A stretch of DNA of 56,128 nucleotides from an uncultured PS1 clade bacterium (lineage in GTDB: Bacteria > Pseudomonadota > Gammaproteobacteria > PS1 > Pseudothioglobaceae). A model generated the notes under the pieces. It saw nothing but the letters and a program-made list of their open reading frames with translations, searched no databases and had not been told where the DNA came from. The translations under genes were made by a program, and so were the position numbers. Positions 23,935 to 36,543 of this stretch are shown here, piece after piece; within the stretch, counting starts at the first letter, position 1; each line of letters begins with the position of its first letter. Location: contig CALFDA010000020.1 in assembly GCA_937950605.1 (NCBI GenBank), positions 1 through 56,128 on the forward strand, given 5' to 3'.

Positions 23935-24747
23935 TTAGAATAAATCCATTATTTTATCCAATCCGCCAACATCAATAACTATATCTGCCTTGTTAGCAAC
24001 AATCGTCTTGGCATGATATGCCACTGACAAACCAGCGAGTTTCATCATCGCCAAATCATTAGCACCATCGCCTACTACAATCGTATTAGCAGAAGATGCT
24101 TGATTTTGTTCGCATAACCAAGTAACGAACTCAGCTTTTAATGTAGCATTAACGATATTACCACTCACTTTTCCCGTTAACTGATTATTCTTAATATCCA
24201 AAGTATTTGCACGATTATAATCGAGTCCAATATCTTGCGCTAAACGCTGAGTAAAATAAGTAAAACCACCCGATACAACCGCTGTTGTGATTCCACGCAT
24301 TTTTAAAGATTGAACCAATGCCTTACCCCCAGGATTCACTTGTAAACGCTCATTATAAACACGGTTTAACACTGATACATCTAAACCCTTTAACAAAGCA
24401 ACTCGCTCAATCAAAGAGGCATCAAAATCTATCTCACCCTGCATTGCACGCTCGGTAATCATGGCAACCTGTGGCTTAAGATTCGCAAAATCTGCAATCT
24501 CATCAATACATTCAATATTAATCAAGCTTGAGTCCATATCACTGACGAACACCTGCGCATGAGCAAAATCAAACATTGGCAAATAATTGATATCCACGCC
24601 TAACGCTTTACGCAATGGCACAATATCAATTTTTCTATCCACTGCAAAACGAAAATGTGTTGATTTAGCCTCAAAACTTGCACCGACAATATATGCCATT
24701 TTGTTGGCAATGGTTAAATTTTTGGTATGCAGAATAATTGTGTCCAT
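23935..24747 (-). CDS. serB: Phosphoserine phosphatase
   Basis: HAD motifs DMDS..ECIDE, VSGGF and GDGANDL; short N-terminal region. Confidence 0.93.
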   Translation of the reverse strand: MDTIILHTKNLTIANKMAYIVGASFEAKSTHFRFAVDRKIDIVPLRKALGVDINYLPMFDFAHAQVFVSDMDSSLINIECIDEIADFANLKPQVAMITERAMQGEIDFDASLIERVALLKGLDVSVLNRVYNERLQVNPGGKALVQSLKMRGITTAVVSGGFTYFTQRLAQDIGLDYNRANTLDIKNNQLTGKVSGNIVNATLKAEFVTWLCEQNQASSANTIVVGDGANDLAMMKLAGLSVAYHAKTIVANKADIVIDVGGLDKIMDLF

Positions 24748-25133
24748 TGATGCAAAATTTTACCTATATTTATTATTATATCCGTCCATAATTACGCTTA
24801 ATTCAGCCCTTAAGTGTTATTTTTGCAAACATTAAAATACTATCAAAGAACACAAAAACACCGAGGCAACTGTTACTAAATAGCCAAAGCAAGTGCTAAT
24901 TGTACTAACACTTTCTAGGCAGTTCACAAACTTAACACACTGAAACTATCTTGGGCAATATTCACCAAAACAAATTAAATGCTACTTAATAAGATTACGT
25001 TCTTGCCAAACAATAATATCAAACAAGAGTTTGGATTATCAAACAACACAAACAGCATTTGAATCAGGTATATTAAAGTGCAGAAGTTATAATTCGAATC
25101 TGGTAAATTTAATCCTTTTTACACTTTAATATT

Positions 25134-26063
25134 ATGAAATATGCACTTGTTTTTCCTGGTCAAGGCTCTCAATCTTTGGCCATGCTTGCGGATTTAGCCG
25201 ATAATTTTCCTCTAGTAAAAAACACCTTTGAAAATGCAAGCGATGTTTTAGGTTTTGACTTGTGGAAAATTGCCCAAAAAGATCAAAAGGCACTCAACCA
25301 AACACACAATACGCAACCCGCCATGTTAGCGGCAGGTTATGCAACCTATCAGGTGTTAAATAATGAAACCAATTTGTCGCCCATTTGTATGGCAGGACAC
25401 AGTTTAGGCGAATATACAGCACTAGTTGCCTCGAATGCTCTGCGATTTGAAGATGCCATTCAGCTGGTGCGCCAACGTGCAGAACTCATGCAATCAAGTG
25501 TGCCAGCAGGAACAGGAGCAATGGCAGCCATTTTGGGCTTAAATGATAAAACTGTGGTGGAAATTTGCAATAATTATGTGGGTGAAGGTGTTGTTGAAGC
25601 AGTGAATTTTAATGCTGATACTCAGGTAGTGATTGCAGGCAATAAGAATGCTGTGGATATAACTTGTAGAGCAATGCAAAAGGCAGGTGCAAGGCGTGTG
25701 GTTTTATTGCCGGTAAGTGCGCCATCACATTGCTCTTTGATGGATGATGTTGCAGATGTATTCGCCAATAACATACATGCAACAGATTTTAAAATGGGTA
25801 ATATTGATGTGTTGCATAATGTTGATGCAAAAAAATCCCGCGATGTTACCGAGCTAAAAAATAAGCTTGTGGCACAACTACACAAACCAGTTTTATGGAC
25901 AGCTACAGTGCGAGCAATGCATGCAATGGGTATAGAAAAATTAATTGAATCTGGTCCAGGCAAGGTTTTGACGGGCTTAACACGCAAAATTGAAAAATCA
26001 TTAACAGCAAATGCTGTGTTTGATTCAAACACTCTTAAAACAACTTTAAAGGAGATAAGATAA
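25134..26063 (+). CDS. fabD: Malonyl-CoA:ACP transacylase
   Basis: FPGQGSQ, GHSLGEY, SAPSH and GPGKVL motifs. Confidence 0.97.
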   Translation: MKYALVFPGQGSQSLAMLADLADNFPLVKNTFENASDVLGFDLWKIAQKDQKALNQTHNTQPAMLAAGYATYQVLNNETNLSPICMAGHSLGEYTALVASNALRFEDAIQLVRQRAELMQSSVPAGTGAMAAILGLNDKTVVEICNNYVGEGVVEAVNFNADTQVVIAGNKNAVDITCRAMQKAGARRVVLLPVSAPSHCSLMDDVADVFANNIHATDFKMGNIDVLHNVDAKKSRDVTELKNKLVAQLHKPVLWTATVRAMHAMGIEKLIESGPGKVLTGLTRKIEKSLTANAVFDSNTLKTTLKEIR

Positions 26064-26809
26064 TGTCAAATCTAACAGGGAAAATTGTATTAGTCACAGG
26101 CGCAAGTCGTGGCATTGGACAAGCAATAGCACTATCTTTAGGTGCCCGAGGCGCAACAGTGATTGGCACAGCAACAAGTGATAAAGGCGCAGATAAAATC
26201 AGCAACACATTTCAAGACAACGACATAACAGGCATGGGTTTAACGTTAAATGTTGTTGACAATAATCAAATTGCTAATGTTATGAAAGTCATTAACAAAT
26301 CTTATGGCGCAGTTGATATTTTGATTAACAATGCTGGCATCACACGAGACAATCTTCTAATGCGTATGAGTGAGGATGAATGGAGCGATATTATTAACAC
26401 TAATCTTACTTCTGTTTACAAAATGTCGAAAGTTGTGTTGCGAGGCATGATGAAGAAAAAATCTGGACGCATTATCTCAATTGCCTCGGTTGTTGGTGCT
26501 TCTGGCAATGCAGGACAAACCAATTATGCCGCGGCTAAAGCAGGCATTATGGGCTTTACCAAATCATTAGCACGCGAAGTTGGGGCTCGTGGTATTACCG
26601 TGAATGCAGTGGCACCTGGTTTTATCAAAACCGATATGACAGATGCAATATCAGAAACACAAAAAGAGATAATCTATAAACAAATCCCAATGGGTCGATT
26701 AGGAACAACAAATGAAGTTGCTGAGGCTGTATTGTTTTTAGCAGGTGATAGTGGCTCATATATTACAGCACAAACACTACATGTTAACGGCGGTATGTAT
26801 ACCGTTTAG
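26063..26809 (+). CDS. fabG: 3-oxoacyl-ACP reductase
   Basis: TGASRGIG, NNAGITRD and YAAAK motifs; follows fabD. Confidence 0.97.
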   Translation: MSNLTGKIVLVTGASRGIGQAIALSLGARGATVIGTATSDKGADKISNTFQDNDITGMGLTLNVVDNNQIANVMKVINKSYGAVDILINNAGITRDNLLMRMSEDEWSDIINTNLTSVYKMSKVVLRGMMKKKSGRIISIASVVGASGNAGQTNYAAAKAGIMGFTKSLAREVGARGITVNAVAPGFIKTDMTDAISETQKEIIYKQIPMGRLGTTNEVAEAVLFLAGDSGSYITAQTLHVNGGMYTV

Positions 26810-27264
26810 CGACGGCGTTTAAAGAACTGTTGCAGTAATTCCTTGCATTCATCAGCAAGAATCCCCCCTTGTATTGTAATTGTGTGATTAAAGCAAGCAC
26901 TATTAACAAGATTTTGGCACGAACCACAAACACCTGTTTTTTCATCATAAGCACCAAACACAACACGCTCGATACGCGCATGAACCATTGCACCTAAACA
27001 CATTGTGCAAGGCTCAAGAGTAACATATAGGGTGGTGTTTGACAGGCGATAGTTGCTAAGTTTTTTGCCCGCTTTGCGTAATAATTGAATTTCTGCGTGT
27101 GCACTAGGGTCATTATTGTTGATAGATTGATTATGGGCAATTTCAATTAGTTGATTGTTTTTAATTAGTACTGCACCAACTGGGACTTCGCCTATTTTTT
27201 CAGCTAATGATGCCTGTTTTAAGGCTAATTTCATCCATTGAAAGTCAAGTGTTTTGCTATTCAT
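26806..27264 (-). CDS. tadA: tRNA-specific adenosine-34 deaminase
   Basis: EVPVGAV, HAE, TLEPCTMC and C-terminal FFKRRR. Confidence 0.95.
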   Translation of the reverse strand: MNSKTLDFQWMKLALKQASLAEKIGEVPVGAVLIKNNQLIEIAHNQSINNNDPSAHAEIQLLRKAGKKLSNYRLSNTTLYVTLEPCTMCLGAMVHARIERVVFGAYDEKTGVCGSCQNLVNSACFNHTITIQGGILADECKELLQQFFKRRR

Positions 27265-27345
27265 TTATCACCTATTGGATTAGATTAAGCATAAAAACCA
27301 TGGTTTCAGCTAGGTTTTTTGTTTTTAGATACCTCATTAGATTAT

Positions 27346-28269
27346 TTAAAACGCACTAATGCTTGCAATACCTTGCGCCCCTAGCTTGAGTGTTTTATCT
27401 AAATCTTGAATACTCATACCGCCTAAAAAATAAACAGGAATATCAATTTTATTAGCGATTTCAGCAGCATTATCCCAACCTAATGGCTTGGCATCAGGAT
27501 GTGTTTGCGTGACTTTTACAGGGGCAATTACAATAAAATTCGCACCTATTTCTTGTGCTTTGAGAGCCTCATCTAAATTGTGTGTAGAGGCACCTAACAA
27601 TTTATCATCAGCACAAGGTCTTGCATTAACAGCAAATAACTCTCTGCTAGTAAGATGCCAACCATTAACATCGGTTTTATTAAAATCTTTATTAGGGGTG
27701 TTAAGTAACAATGTTGCGTTATATTGCTGACATTTTTCTTTAACTTCGTCAATAATTATATTATGTAATGGTATTTTGCTTCTAAGTTGAACAAGTTTTA
27801 TGCCTTGAATCAATTTTTGCTCAAGTACTTTTATCCACTCATCACTTTGGTGATTAACAGCAGGAGTTATCCAATACTTGTTAGGCAATGTTATTGAATC
27901 TAGAAAAGTTTTCATAGTTGGCAATAGCTTATAGTTACCTAGATTTTTGATTTTAACCCAAGCAATGGCTTGACCTTCCATGCCTTTGGGTTTTTTTTGA
28001 TATTGATTGATATTGTAAATACTAAGTGTAATAATGCTATTTTGGTATTGATGTGTTATCGTCCGATGTACGCTAAAGTGCTTAATTTTTATGCCAAGCT
28101 CTTCATTAAGTTCTCTAGCAAGAGTTTGCTCTAGGGATTCTCCAGCTTCTCGTTTGCCACCTGGCAATTCCCAAAAGCCTGCCATAAATTGCGAATGTTG
28201 GCGTTTTGTTATTAATATTTCTTGGTTTTTATTACGCAAAACACCAACAACTGCTTCGATATTTTGCAT
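27346..28269 (-). CDS. MutT-like Nudix hydrolase fused to a thiamine-phosphate-synthase-like (ThiE/TenI) domain
   Basis: Nudix box GGKREAGESLEQTLARELNEELG; C-terminal VQLR, ASTH, THP and LGG motifs. Confidence 0.88.
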   Translation of the reverse strand: MQNIEAVVGVLRNKNQEILITKRQHSQFMAGFWELPGGKREAGESLEQTLARELNEELGIKIKHFSVHRTITHQYQNSIITLSIYNINQYQKKPKGMEGQAIAWVKIKNLGNYKLLPTMKTFLDSITLPNKYWITPAVNHQSDEWIKVLEQKLIQGIKLVQLRSKIPLHNIIIDEVKEKCQQYNATLLLNTPNKDFNKTDVNGWHLTSRELFAVNARPCADDKLLGASTHNLDEALKAQEIGANFIVIAPVKVTQTHPDAKPLGWDNAAEIANKIDIPVYFLGGMSIQDLDKTLKLGAQGIASISAF

Positions 28270-28316
28270 TTTTACAGTGAGTGGTAAAATGATTCCATTT
28301 TAGTCGGATAATATTT

Positions 28317-29870
28317 TTGAATTTAATAGAAAAAATTCAGCAATTAATGCCCCATAAATACCTTTTAAAAGGCAATTTAATGGGTTTGGAAAAAGAAGGG
28401 TTGCGTGTGTCTAAGCATGGTGATATTTCTCAAACGCCACACCCAAAATCGTTAGGTTGCGCGCTCACACATCCGCATATTACCACAGATTTTTCTGAAT
28501 CGCTTATTGAACTAGTTACCCCGCCACTACATCGTGCCGATGAAATGTTGGCGTTTTTATCCAGAACTCAGCAATATTTGTATCATCGTTTGCCAAAAGA
28601 TCAAAATTTTTGGTCGGCAAGTATGCCTTGTGTCATTCGTGGGGAAACCTATATCCCCATTGCACAATATGGCAGTAGCAACCAAGGCATGATGAAAACC
28701 ATTTATCGTCGCGGACTTGCTAATCGTTATGGTAGTGTGATGCAAACGATTGCGGGAATTCATTTTAATTATTCTTTTGCTCAAGATTTTATTAAGATCT
28801 ATCATTCACTAAAAGCAACAAACGAAACATTTAAAGAATTTAATAATCAAAGTTATATGGCACTAACACGTAATGTGGTGCGTTATGGTTGGTTGCTGAC
28901 TTATTTGTTTGGTGCTTCAAACACAGTTTGTAAATCTTTTTTAAAAGGCTATCACCAACATTCACTAATTAAGTTTAATGATTCCACTTTATATGAACCT
29001 TATGCCACATCGCTACGCATGGGTGATATTGGTTATCAGAATTTGCGTGAAGATGAGGCTGGAGTGAAGGCTAATTATAATTCTTTAGAACACTATATTC
29101 ACAGCCTAAACGCTGGCATGCAAACACCATGTAATGCATATAGTAAGATTGGACTTAAAAAACAAGGACAGTATCAGCAGTTAAGCACCAATATATTGCA
29201 AATTGAAAATGAATATTATGCCGCTGTTCGTCCTAAACCAGTTATTTCAAACAACAAACCTTTGGAATCTTTACGTGAGAATGGCATTGCCTATATCGAA
29301 TTACGTTCATTAGATATTAATCCCAGTTTGCCACTAGGTATTGATAAAACACAGGTATTGTTTTTGGAGGCGTTTTTATTGTTTTGTCTGTTAGAAAATT
29401 CGCCAGTTATTTCTAGTCGTGAACAAGTGGAATGTGATACTAATGATCATCTAGTTGCACACAAAGGATTAAAACCTAATTTGATGTTGACACGACAAGG
29501 AAAAAGCATGTTATTGCAAGATTTAGGGGCAGAATTAATACATAAAATTTATTGTTGTGCAGAGTTATTAGGGGCAGATTATCAAATTGCTGTTGATACC
29601 ATAGGTAAGCGTATTAAGTGTAGCGAATGCACACCTTCTGCGACAAGTCTAAACCAAATGAGGCAACATAAGCAAGGTTTTTTTGACTACATTAATCACT
29701 GGGCAAAACAACATCAAAAAACCTTTTTGACAAAAGAAATTGATTTGCCGCACTTCGAATACCTAGACCAACAAGCCGAAAAATCTTGTCAACAACAACT
29801 TGAGATAGAACAAGCAGATAAATTGTCTTTTGAGCAATACTTGAGCAATTATTTTTTAGAAAAGTTATGA
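28317..29870 (+). CDS. gshA: Glutamate-cysteine ligase
   Basis: GLEKEGLRV, ITTDFSES, GIHFNYS, LQIENEYY and YIELRSLD motifs; start is TTG 28317 or ATG 28347. Confidence 0.95.
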   Translation: MNLIEKIQQLMPHKYLLKGNLMGLEKEGLRVSKHGDISQTPHPKSLGCALTHPHITTDFSESLIELVTPPLHRADEMLAFLSRTQQYLYHRLPKDQNFWSASMPCVIRGETYIPIAQYGSSNQGMMKTIYRRGLANRYGSVMQTIAGIHFNYSFAQDFIKIYHSLKATNETFKEFNNQSYMALTRNVVRYGWLLTYLFGASNTVCKSFLKGYHQHSLIKFNDSTLYEPYATSLRMGDIGYQNLREDEAGVKANYNSLEHYIHSLNAGMQTPCNAYSKIGLKKQGQYQQLSTNILQIENEYYAAVRPKPVISNNKPLESLRENGIAYIELRSLDINPSLPLGIDKTQVLFLEAFLLFCLLENSPVISSREQVECDTNDHLVAHKGLKPNLMLTRQGKSMLLQDLGAELIHKIYCCAELLGADYQIAVDTIGKRIKCSECTPSATSLNQMRQHKQGFFDYINHWAKQHQKTFLTKEIDLPHFEYLDQQAEKSCQQQLEIEQADKLSFEQYLSNYFLEKL

Positions 29871-31207
29871 GCGATGCAACAACAATTTGTGCTTTAGCAA
29901 GTGCTATGGGGCGTGGAAGCATTGGTGTTGTGCGTGTGTCAGGCGTACTTGCAAGTACCATTGCTAAAAAAATGTTAGGCAAAATACCCAAGCCACGTTA
30001 TGCACATTATGGCTCATTTTTTAATCAACATGGCGATGAAATTGATAAAGGAGTGGCGTTGTTTTTTCTAGCACCACATTCGTTTACTGGAGAAGATGTT
30101 TTAGAATTACAAGGACATGGTGGAGTCTTGGTAATGCAATCGTTGTTAGAAACCACACTATCATTAGGCGCGCAGGCGGCTGAACCAGGCGAATTTTCTA
30201 AGCGTGCTTTTCTTAATGGAAAAATGGATTTAATACAAGCCGAAGCTGTTGCAGATATTATTGATGCTAGTTCTAAGCAATCAATGCGCTTGGCATTACG
30301 CTCTTTGTCTGGTGATTTTTCTCAGCAAGTGCGCAATTTAACACACTCGTTGATTAATCTTAGGGTATTTGTTGAGGCAACTATCGATTTTGTAGATGAG
30401 GAAATTGATTTTTTGACATCTGGAGAAGTACAACAAAAACTTGAAAAAATTCAACTTGATATGCAAAACATTTTAGATTCTGCAAAACAAGGGGCAATTT
30501 TAAGAGAGGGCTTAAATGTTGTTATCGCGGGCAAGCCGAATGCAGGAAAATCTTCTTTATTGAATGCACTGACAAAGCAATCTAGTGCTATTGTAACTGA
30601 TATTGCGGGCACCACTCGCGATATATTAAAAGAAACCATACGCATTAATGGTATACCGCTTAATATTATTGACACGGCAGGGTTACGCGCAAGTAATAAC
30701 AAAATAGAGCAGGAAGGCATAAAAAGAGCGCAGGACGAGATTGAAAATGCTGATGTTATGCTATTGGTGTTTGATGCGCAGGATAGATACCCAGATTTAT
30801 CCATTTTGCCAAAAAGTATTAACGATAGAGCAATTTTGTTGATTAAAAATAAAGTTGACTTAACTAAAGAACCTATTGGCATAGAACAATCAAAAGATAA
30901 GATGCAGTTATCGATTTGCGCCATAAATTCACAGGGTATTGATTTGTTAAAACAAGAACTTGCAAAAATCGCAGGTTTAAGTGATGTAGGGGAAAGTGTT
31001 TTGTTAGCGCGTAAGCGCCATATTCAAGCAATAGAATCTGCACTTGTGCATATAAATAGTGCCTTAACACAACTTGACGATAATGCTAGTGAATTACTTG
31101 CACAAGATTTACGCTACAGCGCACAAGAATTAGGTAGCATTACTGGTGAATTTTCGTCAGATGATTTGCTGGGTGAAATTTTTTCTTCTTTTTGTATTGG
31201 CAAATAA
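29867..31207 (+). CDS. mnmE: tRNA modification GTPase MnmE
   Basis: SFTGEDV, GKPNAGKSS, GTTRD, DTAG, NKVD and C-terminal FCIGK. Confidence 0.98.
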   Translation: MSDATTICALASAMGRGSIGVVRVSGVLASTIAKKMLGKIPKPRYAHYGSFFNQHGDEIDKGVALFFLAPHSFTGEDVLELQGHGGVLVMQSLLETTLSLGAQAAEPGEFSKRAFLNGKMDLIQAEAVADIIDASSKQSMRLALRSLSGDFSQQVRNLTHSLINLRVFVEATIDFVDEEIDFLTSGEVQQKLEKIQLDMQNILDSAKQGAILREGLNVVIAGKPNAGKSSLLNALTKQSSAIVTDIAGTTRDILKETIRINGIPLNIIDTAGLRASNNKIEQEGIKRAQDEIENADVMLLVFDAQDRYPDLSILPKSINDRAILLIKNKVDLTKEPIGIEQSKDKMQLSICAINSQGIDLLKQELAKIAGLSDVGESVLLARKRHIQAIESALVHINSALTQLDDNASELLAQDLRYSAQELGSITGEFSSDDLLGEIFSSFCIGK

Positions 31208-31248
31208 GCAAAGCAAGGTGTTCGTTGCTTTTGTATAAAAGTTATTAA

Positions 31249-32739
31249 ATGGGTATTAAAGCAAAATTTTATCTTTATTTATTGACAACCATCAGTTTAT
31301 CTCCATTATTATGGCACGTAGCGCTTTCAGCTTATCAGTCGCCTAATATGCTTGACATTGTATTTGCCTTGTCCATATTATCACTATATTTAGGCTTGTA
31401 TTTATCCATTCGCAAAGATTTTTTATCTCCGTTTACAGACCTACAACAGTGGGTGAGTGATTACAACATCGATCAAAGTGCACGTCTTAACGATGAACAA
31501 AAAACTATTTTTCAACCTGTTGCCGCAGCAATTAATCATCTAATCGATGAAAATCAATATCTATATGATGATATGGAAGATATTTTGCAAAAGCAAGTCC
31601 AGCGTTTAAGCAAAAAATCGGCTTCACTAGAAACGCTTTATAGCGTTTCATCTAAACTTAACTCAATACATTCTACAACAGAATTATTTGAGTATTTTTT
31701 AGATGTATTTATGCAAATGACGCTCGCATCTTCGGGTGTAGCACGTCATTTGGTAAATGATATAGAGTTATACCTTGTCGCACAACAAGGTGTTATTGAT
31801 AATCAGGGACAACAAATCAAGGTCCTAAGTAACGATTGTTTTTGTGGCAAAGTAGCAATGGCACAAGACAGTTATGTGCAATTTAGTGTGCATACTTGTG
31901 GGCGATGTGTGGGCAAAAAATCCAAAACCAAGGCAAATGTTGGCACAATTTTTATACCTTTAAAATACCATGGGAAAACCTTGGGCGTGTTTAATTTATT
32001 TTTTGATTCCGAGCCTTCGTTGGCTTTTGACGAGCGTGCTTTGCTTGAATCGATTGCCGACAATATTGCTATTGCACTTGATAAAGCAAGACTTGACGAA
32101 GAAACCAAGCGCTTGGAACTTTCGCAAGAGCGTTTGTTTTTATCGCAAGAAATTCATGACTCTTTGGCACAAACTATTTATAGCTTAAAGTTGCAATCGA
32201 CAGTATTGAGCGACATGTTAAAACAAAACAATAGACAAGCAGCTAGTGAAAAGGTTCGCAGTCTACAATCAAATATTAACCAAGCTAATCAAGAACTTAG
32301 GGAATTAATGTGTAATTTTCGCGTGCCTTTAGACCCAAGAGGAATTGTAGTATCGCTTAAAAATTTGGTTAATAATTTTAAGAAGGAAGAAGGCATTGCC
32401 ACTTATTTACACATAGAGGGCAAGTTTGATCTCGCCCCAGAAACAGAAATGCAAATTATGCGTATAACTCAAGAAGCCTTGTCTAATATTCGCAAACATG
32501 CCAAGGCGCGCAATGTGCGAATTTTATTTTCTGCCGAGCCAAAATGTCAACTGCTTATTGAAGATGATGGAATTGGTTTTAAACAAGATACGCTTGATGC
32601 TGAAACAATGGGCAATAATATTGGTATGAATATTATGAAAGAGCGTGTAAACAGAATTGGTGCTAGCATTAGTATTGAATCTGAAGTTGATGAGGGTACG
32701 CGAGTTATGGTTACCTTTCGCGATGAAAGTGGAGGTTAA
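31249..32739 (+). CDS. NarX-like (HisKA_3) sensor histidine kinase: two TM, HAMP-like linker, Cys-rich GAF domain
   Basis: H-box ER..LSQEIHDSLAQ, QEALSNIRKHA, IEDDGIGF, G.NIMKER and GTRV; GAF with CFC-x17-CGRC. Confidence 0.9.
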   Translation: MGIKAKFYLYLLTTISLSPLLWHVALSAYQSPNMLDIVFALSILSLYLGLYLSIRKDFLSPFTDLQQWVSDYNIDQSARLNDEQKTIFQPVAAAINHLIDENQYLYDDMEDILQKQVQRLSKKSASLETLYSVSSKLNSIHSTTELFEYFLDVFMQMTLASSGVARHLVNDIELYLVAQQGVIDNQGQQIKVLSNDCFCGKVAMAQDSYVQFSVHTCGRCVGKKSKTKANVGTIFIPLKYHGKTLGVFNLFFDSEPSLAFDERALLESIADNIAIALDKARLDEETKRLELSQERLFLSQEIHDSLAQTIYSLKLQSTVLSDMLKQNNRQAASEKVRSLQSNINQANQELRELMCNFRVPLDPRGIVVSLKNLVNNFKKEEGIATYLHIEGKFDLAPETEMQIMRITQEALSNIRKHAKARNVRILFSAEPKCQLLIEDDGIGFKQDTLDAETMGNNIGMNIMKERVNRIGASISIESEVDEGTRVMVTFRDESGG

Positions 32740-32871
32740 GTAATTTGCAACTGCTTAAAATGCTATTTGTAATACGACTGCTCTCATATTGCAAAAATAC
32801 ACTCTCAAATAGTTTATAAGTTTTTTAAAAATTAAAGCCCCTAAAGTATCCGCTGATTATTAAAAACAGCA

Positions 32872-33867
<996 letters not shown>

Positions 33868-33886
33868 TTATTTTCTAACTACTTAG

Positions 33887-35764
<1,878 letters not shown>

Positions 35765-35772
35765 CTTTTCAA

Positions 35773-35970
35773 ATGTATCATACACATGAACTGGGTCGTT
35801 CTTTTCAGCCAATTTGCCGATTGTGTCTGTTAATGTAATTTCTCGCATCGCGGTACCCGAATATCAGCACGTGAGCCTTCAACATAAATTTTTCTTGAAT
35901 GAGGCAATGGCTTGATGAAAGATTCATTAACACTAGACATCTTTTTTAGGGTTTCACTCATTGTTGTATA
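35773..35970 (-). pseudogene. thiC: Inverted, frameshifted duplicate of the thiC 5' end (right arm of the inverted repeat)
   Basis: ATG at 35961; a CG duplication next to GTAC shifts the frame, giving a 43-aa peptide MSETLKK...[13 protein letters not shown] (stop at 35830-35832). Confidence 0.93.
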
Positions 35971-36064
35971 TTGTTACTTTCAAAACACAGCATTTACTAA
36001 CCCATTCAACTGCAAATAATCCAATAAGACATTGTTTTAACAGTTCGGTTAGAGATTACTTTAT

Positions 36065-36541
36065 TCAAATATACTCAACCTTTAAAATCTCGTAAACAAT
36101 ATCGCCTTTCGGGGCTTTTACCGTTATCTCATCGCCTTCTTCATGTCCTATTAATGCGCTGGCAATCGGCGAATGACAAGAAATTTTGTTTTGCTCAATA
36201 TCAGCTTCATCTTCGCCAACGATTTGATAGATAACTTGATTATCGTTTTCAATATCCATTACGGTAACTGTAGTGCCAAACACACATCTTTTATCTTGGT
36301 TGAGTTTGGTAACATCAATTATTTGCATACGTGAGAGTTTTGCCTCAATTTCCTTGATGCGTCTTTCAATAAAGCCTTGCTCTTCTTTAGCAGCATGGTA
36401 TTCGGCATTTTCTTTAATATCGCCATGTGCACGTGCAGTTGCAATTTCTGCAATAATACGAGGACGCTCAACATCTTTAAGGTTTATTAATTCTGATTCT
36501 AAGGCTTTGCTGCCTTTAACAGTCATTGGGATAGTTTCCAT
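36065..36541 (-). CDS. greA: Transcription elongation factor GreA
   Basis: HGDIKENAEYHAAKEEQ, IVGEDEADI and SPIA motifs; downstream of carB. Confidence 0.97.
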   Translation of the reverse strand: METIPMTVKGSKALESELINLKDVERPRIIAEIATARAHGDIKENAEYHAAKEEQGFIERRIKEIEAKLSRMQIIDVTKLNQDKRCVFGTTVTVMDIENDNQVIYQIVGEDEADIEQNKISCHSPIASALIGHEEGDEITVKAPKGDIVYEILKVEYI

Positions 36542-36543
36542 AA

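Noticed and set aside
27346-28269. Nudix-ThiE fusion as a novel architecture
   Set aside because: This MutT/thiamine-phosphate-synthase-like fusion is already known from many beta- and gammaproteobacteria
35971-36064. Possible degenerate TPP riboswitch upstream of the inverted thiC copy
   Set aside because: Conserved CTGAGA and ACCTGA cores are not present; the resemblance is too vague
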